Shown: positions 1 through 10,000 of the stretch, one piece after another
Position numbering within the stretch: position 1 is the stretch's first letter
How the letters are laid out: every line of letters begins with the position of its first letter
Origin: Octopus sinensis
Taxonomy: Eukaryota
Direction of reading: 5' to 3'
DNA: 19,498 nucleotides
NCBI RefSeq assembly: GCF_006345805.1
Contig: NW_021824261.1
Span: 1 to 19,498 of the forward strand
Translations under genes and position numbers: made by a program
The notes under the pieces: generated by a model
The model's input: the letters and a program-made list of their open reading frames with translations, nothing else
Told to the model about the DNA's origin: nothing
The model's database searches: none

Positions 1-47
1 CCGGAAACTTGTGGTTGGTTAACAAGCTACTTACCACACAGCCACTC
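1..47 (-). mobile_element. tRNA-derived SINE family A, 5' head fragment (runs off window edge)
   Basis: Nearly identical to 11889-11934; reverse complement GAGTGGCTGTGTGGTAAGTAGCTTG contains an A-box-like motif. Confidence 0.85.
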
Positions 48-72
48 ATCTCTCTCTCTCTCTCTCTCTCTC

Positions 73-106
<34 letters not shown>

Positions 107-1157
107 GGTGTGGTAGGGGTTCGTTTCCATTGTTGCCAAAATTTTGTATACGAAGGATCCAGAATCTCACATCGATAACCAGATGGCAGAGAATCTGCCT
201 TGGGTCAAACTAGTAGTAACACGGAACAGCCACTTTGCTATGGCGACTAACTTTACTGTTTATTATAGTTACTAAATTGGTCTCCTCGCGACATTTTACA
301 TCTAGTTATTTTGCTTGTATATACATATATATATATATATATAATGAATATATATATGCAGTGTGTGTGTCTGCATGAAAAATGATATTCCCACAACACA
401 ATATATATATATTATATATATATATATATTATATATATATATACATACGGAATTGCGAGGATGATCCGGTTCTTGACTGAAGATAAAAGGCTCCGAATGA
501 CATGTCCTTGTTTTTTTTGTATCACCTAGTTGTCCGGATGTTTTGCGTTCTCATCCCATTTTGTATTATATAGATATATATATATATAGTATATATATAT
601 ATATATATATATATTAGCGGCCGTACGTACCACTTTGTTCTCTTATATATATGTTGTGCATATCTACAAGCCCATATCTAGAAAGCTACAAAGACACACA
701 ATGAAGCTCTCACACGCAAACACCCAACCACCTATGTTGTAATTCCATATATGAAATAAATTAAATAAATAAATAAATAATAATACACAGCTGTGCTAAA
801 GTGCTATTTGATTTGAACTGGGTTATTTCTTATCGCATAATTTTGATTTAATCTTTTTCTATTAATTAATATCCCTGCTTCGAAATATGGGATTATTTAC
901 ATGGCTAGTCACATAAGGTTGTGTGTGTATGTGTATACAGGTACATATACATACATACGTACATACATACGTACGTGCATGCATACATATATATGTACGA
1001 ACGTACACATATGCACACACACACATATACATACACATAGATATATACATCTTTATACACACACAGAAACACATGTATACGTTTATGAATTTGTGTTCCA
1101 AGATTCCTGAAAGAGATATCGACAAAGCGGAGCAGGAGCACAATCGAGGAGGGCAAG

Positions 1158-1203
1158 TGTCGCTGAAGAAGGCCACAGATGTGTGACGAAAGATTTCTGG
1201 ACA
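1158..1203 (+). ncRNA. Degenerate type-I hammerhead-like motif in a PLE pLTR-like unit (~1085-1300)
   Basis: TGTCG-CTGAAGA-A-GGCCACAGATGTGTGAC-GAAA-GATTTC-TGGACA: both core boxes are present; helices I and II are only partly paired. Confidence 0.45.
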
Positions 1204-1664
1204 TTGAACATGCGTTCAAATATGAACAATACTAAACGAGTGAAGACCGAGCGTGGGTGTTTATTTGGCAAAAACAAAAAGAATGAGACCATCCCAAAAA
1301 ACATATATATATATATATATATTATATTAAGTTAGAAATAAAACCACTATTAGGCAAATCATACAATGAAAAACCTAAGCCAATACATAAGATTAATTAA
1401 TTTATATTATTTTAAATATATATCAAAATTATTAAAAATAGATAATTAGTATAACACTACGATCGTTTCATGGCTGTCCAATTCTTAAAATTTCGAGTGG
1501 CTTTATCTCTAATTTAATATAATATAATATTTTACTATAAAATTGGATTCAATCCTAAATCTGATTTTTCCCTGTAAGTTTGGATTTATTCCCTAATAAG
1601 AGATATTTTATATATTATATATATATTATATATATATATAAATGCTTACATATATACACACTTA

Positions 1665-2350
1665 CATGTATACGTATATACATATGCATACGTGGGCATA
1701 GGACGTCACAAAACGTAAACAACAAAAAGTACAAAGAACGAGGACATGGAATATGAACATATTCTTTTACCTTCCCTTCTCCCTCTCTTCTTTTATCTTT
1801 TCTTCTATCTCATATCTTTTCCTTTCCTCTTCACAGTTCTCTGTCTGTCACACTCTCTCTTTCTCTCTTCCTCCTTCGTTCTCGTGTCTCCTACGTGAAC
1901 ATCGGTCATGTTTCTGTCGTCTCCTAACTTGTGTTTCATTCTTTCTTCCTGTTGCAGATGGTTAAGGAAGACGTAATTTTGTCTGTCTCATGTCCAAGTT
2001 TGCTTGTTCCCGTTCATCACCACAACCTCGTTTAGGCTTAGCAGCTATTTCTGCTTGTCTTCACTGTCCTGCTTTTGTTACCAATTTTGACCCTTCATAA
2101 AATTTCAATTTTTATTTAATTTGCTTTGCGGGAGCAACTGTCTTTTCAAAGGCGTATCTTGTAGTGAATTGCTCGAAATACGGATTAGAAAAACAGCGGA
2201 CAAGGGATGAAGGTTCGTTCTTTGTGTTGTTTGCTTGTTTTCCATTTGTTTCTTTCTTTGTTCGCAAAAAGCGGTTCATATTCCATGTCCTCCTACTTCG
2301 TATTTCTTGTTACGTTTTGTGACGTCCTGTGCCCACATACGCACATGTAT
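1665..2350. mobile_element. PLE-like fragment with ~90-bp inverted terminal segments (1665-1758 / 2273-2350)
   Basis: GTGGGCATAGGACGTCACAAAACGTAA...GAGGACATGGAATATGAAC is the reverse complement of GTTCATATTCCATGTCCTC...TTACGTTTTGTGACGTCCTGTGCCCAC. The interior is CT-rich, with a decayed hammerhead-like segment at ~2135-2200. Confidence 0.55.
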
Positions 2351-2407
2351 GTACGTATACGTATGTATATATGCATATATGCATATATATATATATATAT
2401 ATATATT

Positions 2408-2488
<81 letters not shown>

Positions 2489-2522
2489 TAAATATAGATA
2501 TAGATATATAGATATAGATATA
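2408..2522. repeat. (GATA)n / (GATATA)n microsatellite
   Basis: Direct reading. Confidence 0.97.
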
Positions 2523-2723
2523 TTTGCGTATGTCTCAAAGGCTAGGAATGCCGTGAGTGGCAATATGGTGTATACAAAATAATGAAACATGGCTCCATCA
2601 TTGGAAATATATTCATGGAATCGAATCGTTTCGGAGACGCAACCACTGAACTTTGACTTCGTGAAATGGTTATTTATATATGCTCATAAATTTATCATCA
2701 CCGTGTAGCTTTTAATTGAGCTT

Positions 2724-3393
2724 AGGGCGTCGCTTGTTTACCGGGGTTCAGCTATTCCTTACGCTGTTTCATATTGTTGTACAGGCACCATTTTTCGTTG
2801 CCAGTAACCTTTCGGTGAAGAAATCGTTGCTTGTGTCCATGAGTTTAGCGGTGACGAGCAAGCAAACCAGCGGATATTGTGGCTCGTTGATTTTTGTTGT
2901 TGTCACTGAAAGCATGCGGAACCCATGCTCCATTCTTCTGAACATTTCCTATCGAGTGGACATACTTTTCTATAGCAGTGTGCGAGCACTCCATTTTCTC
3001 TGCCAGTTCCTTTGTCGTTTGATGAAAATTTTCGTGCAAAAGTTGGTTTAATCGCTCTTCATCGAACTCAGCTGGATGGCCGCAACGAGGTGCGTTTTTG
3101 AGGTCAATATTTCCATGTTTGAAATTGGCAAACCAATCACGAGCGGTTCTTTTATCTACCGGATCCTCTCCATACACAGCACAAATGTCGCGATCAGCTT
3201 TTGCGGCCTTAGAACCTTGAGTAAAAGCAAAAAGAAGGCGGTGTCATAAATTCTCGTTTTACTTAACTTGACATTCCATTTGAATGATCAGAAAATAAAA
3301 AAAAATTAACTAAAACTAACAAAGAAGAAAAAAACAAAAACAAAATAGATTCCAAAATTCAAAAAAGCGGCGGGAACTTAGTTGCCAACCCAA
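2724..3393 (-). mobile_element. Mariner (DD34D-type) transposon, 5' half, pseudogenised and 3'-truncated
   Basis: Left TIR TTGGGTTGGCAACTAAGTTCCC preceded by TA (3394-3395); ATG at 3279. Translation gives ...RLLFAFTQGSKAAKADRDICAVYGED...WFANFKHG...PRCGHP...WVPHAF (WVPHEL motif) and then KVTGNEKW (first catalytic D motif, mutated). Stops and frameshifts are present; no right TIR was found. Confidence 0.93.
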
Positions 3394-3430
3394 TATGTAA
3401 ATATATTATATATATATATATATATAAGGC

Positions 3431-3477
<47 letters not shown>

Positions 3478-3509
3478 ATTTGTGTGTATGTATGTATATT
3501 TGTGTGTAT

Positions 3510-3708
3510 GTGTTTGTGTGTCTTTGTCTCCCCAGTGTCGATGTTACTGTGTTTCCGTACCTGTAACATAGCGGTTCGGCAAAAGAGATCGTTAGGATAA
3601 GTACTTGGCAAGCAAAGAATAAGTCATGGGGTCGATATGTTTGAGCAAAGGCGGTGCACCTGCATGGCTGTAGTCAAATATCAGAAAGAAATTTAAGAAT
3701 AAAAGAAT
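3510..3708 (+). mobile_element. SINE family A, 3' half (headless, diverged)
   Basis: AGCGGTTCGGCAAAAGAGATCG...ATAAGTACT...GGGGTCGAT...AAAGGCGGTGC...CATGGC aligns with 11600-11704. Confidence 0.85.
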
Positions 3709-3737
3709 AATATATATATATGTGTATATATATATAT

Positions 3738-3930
3738 AGTTAATCCAAACAAGAAAACACAAAAAACACAACAACACGAGGACGTGGAACAAATATAGTA
3801 TTATTGGACGCTCAGGAAAGAAGGGAAAAAGGAGCGTTTAACGTTTCCAGCGGAGCTCTTCGTCGGAAACATAGGAGAAGGAAAGATCCAGAGAAGGGAA
3901 GACAGAGGAAAAAAAGTCGCCAACGGTGAC
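3738..3930 (-). mobile_element. PLE pLTR-like unit carrying a minimal hammerhead motif
   Basis: On the minus strand: a CT-rich leader, the hammerhead-like motif at 3836-3870, then TTCCACGTCCTCGTGTTGTTG, a motif shared with 4147-4170, 4795-4817 and 2279-2290. Confidence 0.6.
3836..3870 (-). ncRNA. Minimal type-I hammerhead variant (U4C core, mutated helix II closing pair)
   Basis: GUUU-CCGACGA-A-GAGC-UCC-GCUG-GAAA-C-GUU-AAAC: helix I GUUU/AAAC is perfect and helix III is the palindrome ACGU. Confidence 0.55.
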
Positions 3931-4197
3931 ATATATATATATATATATACATAAAAATGTATGCATGATGAATATTATATGCACATATATATGTGCGTGT
4001 GTGTTTGTGCATAGACAAGCAATCAATATACGTATATGTGTGTGTGTGTGTCTGAGTGTGTGTGTGTGTGTGAGAGAATATCCGCATGCAAATATAGATA
4101 TAAACTTCTGTAATGAATAAGGTAAAACTGTATCCATGTATGTGCGTACCACATCCTCACGTTGTTGTCGTTTCGTCGCTTTTTTTAGGATTACCCA

Positions 4198-4234
<37 letters not shown>

Positions 4235-4306
4235 AACAATACAGTTTACGTACAATAAGATATATACATATATATAACATACATACTTATATATATATAT
4301 ATATAA

Positions 4307-4340
<34 letters not shown>

Positions 4341-4371
4341 CTATATATATATAATATATTATATATCTATA

Positions 4372-4402
<31 letters not shown>

Positions 4403-4506
4403 TTACCGAAGTAAACGCATAAATGTGAAACAAGGTGGAAAAAAAAGAGTACTCAAATACCAGTGGTAGAGTAATATGCTTTATTTAAAGCAGCAGAAAA
4501 TTCAAC

Positions 4507-4553
4507 AAAATCTGTTACTCTGAGTTTCTCGTTGCGTTCATCAGACAGTTTTT
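4507..4553 (-). ncRNA. Type-I hammerhead motif
   Basis: AAAAACUGU-CUGAUGA-ACGCAACGA-GAAA-CUC-A-GAG-UA-ACAGAUUUU: canonical cores, a GUA cleavage triplet, 8 of 9 helix I pairs and a quasi-palindromic helix III. Helix II is weak. Confidence 0.7.
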
Positions 4554-4555
4554 GC

Positions 4556-4604
4556 AAAAAGTGTTCTGATGAACGGCAACGAGAAAATCAGAGTAACAGA
4601 TTTT
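4556..4604 (+). ncRNA. Type-I hammerhead motif (second copy, more mutated)
   Basis: CUGAUGA at 4566-4572; CG-GCAA-CG helix II; GAAA at 4583-4586; GUA triplet ending at 4595. Helix III has a mismatch and helix I is disrupted. Confidence 0.6.
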
Positions 4605-4632
4605 GTTGAATTTTCTGCTGCTTTAAATAAAT

Positions 4633-4680
<48 letters not shown>

Positions 4681-5382
4681 TATATATGTCTATATATGTA
4701 TGTATATCTTATCGTATGTAAACTGATATAAGCATCTATGCATGCGTGCGTGTGTGTGTGTGTGTGTAATTAATCCTGAAAAAGCGACGAGACGACAACA
4801 ACGTGAGGATGTGGTACGCACATACATGGATACACACTTGCATGTTTACAGTTTTACCTTATTCATTACAGAAGTTTATATCTATATTTACATACGGATA
4901 TTCTCACACACACACACTCACACATATATATACATATATTGATTGCTTGTATATGCATACACACACGCACATATATATATATATATATGCATATAATATT
5001 CATCATGCATACATTTTTATGTATATGTATACATACATAAAATTGTATGTATATATTTATTTGACAAATATCATGTTATCCATGATAGATACTTATTTAA
5101 TGAACACCGGACGACGAGTTGAAGTATCAATTCACACTCTAAATATGGAGACGACTTCATATTCCTAAATATTTAAGCAATGATTTATCTTTAAACCTTT
5201 AACGCTTATCCCCTTTAAGACAAGGAGAAAATAAATACGTCATTATAAAATCTTTATTAAATGTAACACTTTTTAGACTTGATTCTTTCTTATTGCAAAG
5301 GAAAATTCGAGACTGTACTCCGACAGTGTTAGTAACCGTTTCTTTCTCTTAAGGGATATAGTAATTAAAAGGATTTCGAATT

Positions 5383-5547
5383 TTGGCATGGAGCCTGCAA
5401 TTAAGGGTATACGTAGTAAGCTGATTAAATCTAAAAAATAATCGACTAGTTCTTATTTTATCGATCCCGAAAGAAAGATGAAAAGCAAAGCCGACCTCGG
5501 AGGAATTTGAACTCAAAATGTAAAGACGGACGAAATGCCGCTAAGCA
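5383..5547 (-). mobile_element. tRNA-derived SINE family B, 5'-truncated
   Basis: Reverse complement GAGTTCAAATTCCTCCGAGGTCGGCTTTGCTTTTCATC...TCGGGATCGATAAAATAAG aligns with 8480-8545. Confidence 0.8.
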
Positions 5548-5599
5548 GCTGGTTCACTGTCCTACAAAACAACAACAATATTAATAGTAATAATAGTAA

Positions 5600-5765
5600 C
5601 CTAGGAGTCTCTAATAACACAGTGCTATTAGGGACAGTTTGGATACTTAAGAGGGTTTTTGGCATCAAAGGTGACTTGTTGGAACCCAACTGGAGCGCTA
5701 ATTGTTGCTGCCCGATGTTAAGATACTTTTCTTTTTTACGTCTAATCTGTTGAGTAAATATGAAA
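5600..5765 (+). mobile_element. R4/Dong-type RLE non-LTR retrotransposon, extreme 3' end
   Basis: Encodes TVLLGTVWILKRVF, matching the C-terminal QKxVLLGTARILRxVL motif of this class. It is followed by a short UTR and a (CAA)/(TAA)n tail. Confidence 0.65.
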
Positions 5766-5787
5766 ATAATAGTAACAACAACAACAA

Positions 5788-5798
5788 CAATAATATAA

Positions 5799-5887
<89 letters not shown>
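5788..5887. repeat. (TAA)n microsatellite
   Basis: Direct reading. Confidence 0.97.
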
Positions 5888-5889
<2 letters not shown>

Positions 5890-6459
5890 TACGCCACTAT
5901 CCCAGAAAGAATACATGAGACGTCAACATAATATAGCAAGGATTTTCAATTGGACACTTTGCAACAATTATAGACTTGACAGAGCAAAAGTGGTACGACC
6001 ATATACCCGAAGACAACATCAAAAATGGAAATGCAGAAATCCTATGGGATTTTATGATTCAGTGCGACCATGACAAAGAGAATTGGAAACCAGAATAGTT
6101 TTAATTGAGAAAGAAAGCAAACGATGCCGGATCATAGATATAGAATGCCCAGCTGACAAGAAGGAAGAAAGAAAAGTCGATAGATATGACAGGTTAGCTT
6201 GGGAGGTTAAGCAGCTGTAGACGATGAAAAAGTTGGTGGTAGTACTAATAATTGTCGGAACCATGGGAACAGTAAGAAAAATCTTGAGGAGTACATGGGG
6301 AAAATAGGGGCTGCAATAAGGATGAAATACTTGCAGAAAACAGTACTGCTTGGACCCAGTCGATGGTGCTCGAAAAATAAGGGATGTTACTTTAGTTCAT
6401 TGGTAATGAACAGCTAGCATCATTGTATACATCTCCAGCGATAAAAGCTGTGCAAAGAC
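5888..6459 (+). mobile_element. R4/Dong-type LINE, 5'-truncated pseudogene covering the CCHC knuckle remnant, the PD-(D/E)xK restriction-like endonuclease and the 3' UTR
   Basis: Frameshifted translation: CTPLSQKEYMRRQHNIARIFNWTLC / WYDHIPE...EILWDFMIQCDH...KPE / IVLIEKESKRCRIIDIECPAD.KEERKVDRYDRLAWEVKQL*...IIVGTMGTV / LQKTVLLG. (TAA)n lies on both sides. Confidence 0.9.
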
Positions 6460-6469
6460 AATAATAATA

Positions 6470-6535
<66 letters not shown>

Positions 6536-6556
6536 TAATAATAATAATAATAATAA

Positions 6557-6587
<31 letters not shown>

Positions 6588-6592
6588 AAGAA
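6460..6592. repeat. (TAA)n followed by (AGA)n microsatellite
   Basis: Direct reading. Confidence 0.97.
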
Positions 6593-7158
6593 ATGCCCTG
6601 ATGCAGTACCAGGCAGTGGATCTCGTGGCTTCTGATCTCAACTGATTGGAAGTGATATCGTGCACATTGTTTTGTCTTGGTATAAAAGATGGGCTACAGC
6701 AAATATTCTGCTCAATACAACAGATTTGCTTGTCAGTTGTTTGAACATAACCAGTTGAGCATGTCCCTTAGTGGTTGACGATATGGCCCTCTCTAATCAG
6801 GAGCAAAAGTAGATGGGGAACATGATAGCCATGTGTTGAGAGGAACTCTTTGGGCTCTGGATAATTTACCACTGGAAACATAGGCGTTCTATTCATCATC
6901 CTGAAACAAACCTTACTCAGGGTCCTTTTGAACGGCATGGGCTACACAACCTGATGAAAATTCTAACTGGGCCCCACCTGCAAGATCACGTGCTGTATAT
7001 CTAGATATAGGGTCACTGTGTCGCGCGCATATGGTTGTATTGCATGTATCAGGTGTACCCTTATCAGGCGGGTAGCCACGTTGGGTATACTGGGTTTCGT
7101 ATAATTGTACTCCAACGTCACTTTGATGGCGTGCACTGCTCTCTCATTTAATAATAAC
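6593..7158. mobile_element. ~565-bp non-coding interspersed element bounded by TAA-type repeats (probable non-autonomous retroelement)
   Basis: A GC-richer block with sharp ends: AATGCCCTGATGCAG on the left and GCTCTCTCATTT-AATAATAA on the right. It has no recognisable protein motif. Its repeat status rests on my recollection of octopus repeats and is not shown within this window. Confidence 0.5.
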
Positions 7159-8416
7159 ATCGACCAATTGCAACCAACACTCTTAAATGAGAATAGCTGT
7201 ATGAACATCGTCACCAATTTCTTTACTGTAGCATAAATCATATACATCTATACACACAAAGATTGATATATATACACACACATACAACAAACAGACATAC
7301 ACACATACGCAATCCACTGTAAAAGCCATCTATTATATATTCCAACATTACAAAATCCCACTTTAAGTTAAACAATAATGTACACACTCCTTCTGTACCA
7401 TTGGTGTATGTTTGTGAGTGTAAGCACGTATATGTGTGTGTGTTTGTGTGTGTGAGTATACATTTATATATGTGTATGTATATATATATCAATGTATTTA
7501 TATATGCATATATATGTGCGTGTATATACGTATATGGATATTTATGTGTCCGCGTTTACATATATATATATATTTGTATGTATGTATATATATGCATTTA
7601 ATATATAAATATACACAATCATTCGTCCATACATGCTTGTCTTTGAATGTGTATATGTTTTTGATTTTTACATTTGCCATAATCGTATTAATTCAAGAAG
7701 TTATTTTTCATTTAACATGTAATTAAAATTCATAATTGCATCATTTATGAAAACATTGAAACTTGTTTGAACCAGCTTGAACATAAGAATATCCGATATC
7801 ATTTAACCTCCTGGCTTTAATATAAGCGATGTTCTCTCTTGTTGCATATTTTCATATAATCTACGATGATTCTAGCAAATATATAATCACACACTTCTAA
7901 ACTAATCCGCCGATTGAAAACAGCAGAACACCTGCCTCAAATCTGATATTTTAAACCTTTTAACAAAACTTCCCTCTAGAATTCAACGTTTTTCTATTCA
8001 AAATTTAATTGATGTGATTATGAGATATTACTTGAAAAATTGTTTTAATTTTATCTATTTTTATTCTTTTTACAAGCAAAACTCATACAAATTATACGCA
8101 ATATAAATTGTATTATTTCCATTTTTACGCATTCATTCAAACACATTCTTCCTATTGTTCAATTATGTTAAAGGTTTAGACTATAAAGGGTGTTTCCTCA
8201 TATAATGTTGTAAATCTGCAACTTGTTTCATTATGGTTATAATTAAAAGTATTTCGTAGATTTTATTCATTAGTGAAGGTTGCTTAAAGCATAATGCGGT
8301 ACAAAGTCCGTGCGTGACAAAATGATGCGGTGATTGATCTCTGCTGTTCAACGAAGGTGTTTCATATATAACTGTTTATACAGATATATTTAATATAAGT
8401 TCTATATTGTATACAT

Positions 8417-8642
8417 GCGAGCTGGCAGAAACGTTAGCACGCCGGGCGAAATGCGTAGCGGTATTTCGTCTGTCGTTACGTTGTGAGTTCAAATTCCGTC
8501 GAGGTCAACTTTGCCTTTCATCCTTTCGGGGTCTATAAATAAAGTACCAGTTGCGCACTGGGGTCGAAGTAATCGACTTAATCCGTTTTTCTGTCCTTGT
8601 TTGTCCCCTCTATGTTTAGCCCCTTGTGGGCAATAAAGAAAT
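8417..8642 (+). mobile_element. tRNA-derived SINE family B, near full length
   Basis: A-box-like GAGCTGGCAGAAACGTTAG, B-box-like GAGTTCAAATTCC, core CCTTTCATCCTTTCGGGGTC and an A-rich end CAATAAAGAAAT; there are multiple homologous copies in the window. Confidence 0.9.
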
Positions 8643-8800
8643 ATATATATATCATTAGCGCAAGTATATGCACTTAATAAAATAAATGTATTTAAAAGTG
8701 AAGAAATAAATTATATATTTTGCATAAATTTTCCCCTTAACTGGTTCTTTACGCTGACAACGTGATAAATTCTTATATAGATTTTATCCTTATATATATA

Positions 8801-8902
<102 letters not shown>

Positions 8903-8903
8903 G

Positions 8904-8946
<43 letters not shown>

Positions 8947-9094
8947 CATATGCATATGTATATACAGTTATCTCTATATATTTACTCTTGCTTTAAGACT
9001 CATACAGCCGTTTAACATGGTTCCCATGTTGTAATAATTGACTGAGACTTCCAGAAACCCACCGAAAGGGACGCGGGGCTGTCGCAAAGCCCAA

Positions 9095-9273
9095 AGCTTG
9101 TAATTTTGAGTGGAGGATGAAGTCGATTATTTCGACCCCAGTGCGTAACTGCTACTTAATTTATCGATCCCGAAATGATAAAAGGCAAAGTCGTCTTCGG
9201 TGGAATTTGAATTTAGAACGTAACCGCTAAGCATTTCGCCCGGCGTGCTAACGTTTCTGCAAGTTCGTCGCCT
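9095..9273 (-). mobile_element. SINE family B copy (inverted relative to 8417-8642)
   Basis: Reverse complement GGCGACGAACTTGCAGAAACGTTAGCACGCCGGGCGAAATGCTTAGCGG...GGGGTCGAAATAATCGACT; internal deletion of ~15 nt. Confidence 0.9.
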
Positions 9274-9324
9274 TGGTGCCTTTACGTTTCTACCGATGAA
9301 GCATCTGGCTGCCTTAGTGATGAT

Positions 9325-9513
9325 CTTTTCAACTTTAGGCACGAAGACGGGCATTTTTAGGGGATGGACTCAACATTTGCTTCTTGAATGATGCTTATTT
9401 CATCAACTCCGAAAGGCTCAGAGGTGAAATCGACTTTCGCGAAATTTGAAATGACAACGAAATGTCGTTAAACAATTTGTTCGACATGATAATGATACTG
9501 CTAGTGCCACCTT
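9325..9513 (-). mobile_element. SINE family B copy, strongly diverged
   Basis: TTTCATCAACTCCGAAAGG...GTGAAATCGACTTTCGCGAAATTTGAA aligns with 9160-9212. Confidence 0.65.
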
Positions 9514-9544
9514 ACAAACTTGACACTCGACTTGCACTTTTCAA

Positions 9545-9696
9545 GAACGGGTAAGACGATTATATAGAACCCAGTTCATGACTGGTACTTAATCTATCGA
9601 CTCCCGAAGGGATGAAAGGTAAAGTTGATCTCTGCATAATTTGAAATGTCACCAAGTATTTTGTCCGAGGCGCTAAAGAATCTGACAGCTCGTCGC
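9545..9696 (-). mobile_element. SINE family B copy, diverged
   Basis: CTGGTACTTAATCTATCGACTCCCGAAGGGATGAAAGGTAAAGTTGATCTC is the reverse complement of the family core. Confidence 0.8.
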
Positions 9697-10000
9697 GGCA
9701 AAAAGCTTCCACGAGGACACTACACCTGCGAGAAAAATATCAATCAAATCCCCGCTCATGGAATGGACACATTGTAGACCAGAGGTTCTCGACTGTCTTT
9801 TGCTTATGGACTCCCTTTCATTACTCTTCTACACCATGATAACAACAAAACCACTATTTTTATTCTGATTGCTGAATATTATAACGAGTTGAATTTAATA
9901 TTTTGTGTATTCAGTTCTATATTTGAGAGATTATGAATTATGTACATTATTTACATTATTTCCAGTTGACGCATATTTGTCCGCATCTTGTTTGTTGTTA

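Larger units (their letters stand above)
4402..4631. mobile_element. PLE pLTR-like unit (4402-4554, minus) plus inverted partial copy (4555-4631, plus), forming a palindrome
   Basis: Arms 4480-4554 and 4555-4631 have no spacer and are centred on TTTTTG|CAAAAA. The outer 44 bp are perfect; the inner part has 2 substitutions and 2 one-base indels. The element is embedded in (TA)n. Confidence 0.8.
3945..5026. repeat. Large inverted duplication, arms ~3945-4232 and ~4748-5026
   Basis: The unique core 4060-4194 is the reverse complement of 4770-4905; both ORF translations read KAT(K/R)RQQREDVVRTYMDT and TVLPYSLQKFISIF. The right arm has a 16-nt insertion. Confidence 0.9.

Noticed and set aside
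180-220. GGCAGA-GAA-TCTGCC hairpin followed by AAACTAGTA
   Set aside because: It resembles a decayed hammerhead, but both core boxes are mutated.
477-507. CTGAAGA...CCGAATGACATGTC hammerhead-like relic
   Set aside because: The GAAA box is broken and helices I and II do not pair; too degenerate to call.
2135-2200. Hammerhead in the 1665-2350 element
   Set aside because: Only GCTC-GAAA and a possible helix I remain; CUGANGA is absent, so it is not listed as a ribozyme.
5698-6665. Poly-Y, poly-I and poly-L ORFs (also 10041-10509)
   Set aside because: They arise from (TAA)n, (TTG)n and (TTC)n tracts and are not signal or transmembrane proteins.
6951-6957. CTGATGA
   Set aside because: No helix II followed by GAAA downstream; chance heptamer.
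8180-8360. ~60-codon open minus-strand stretch in unique sequence
   Set aside because: No recognisable motif and no good splice signals.
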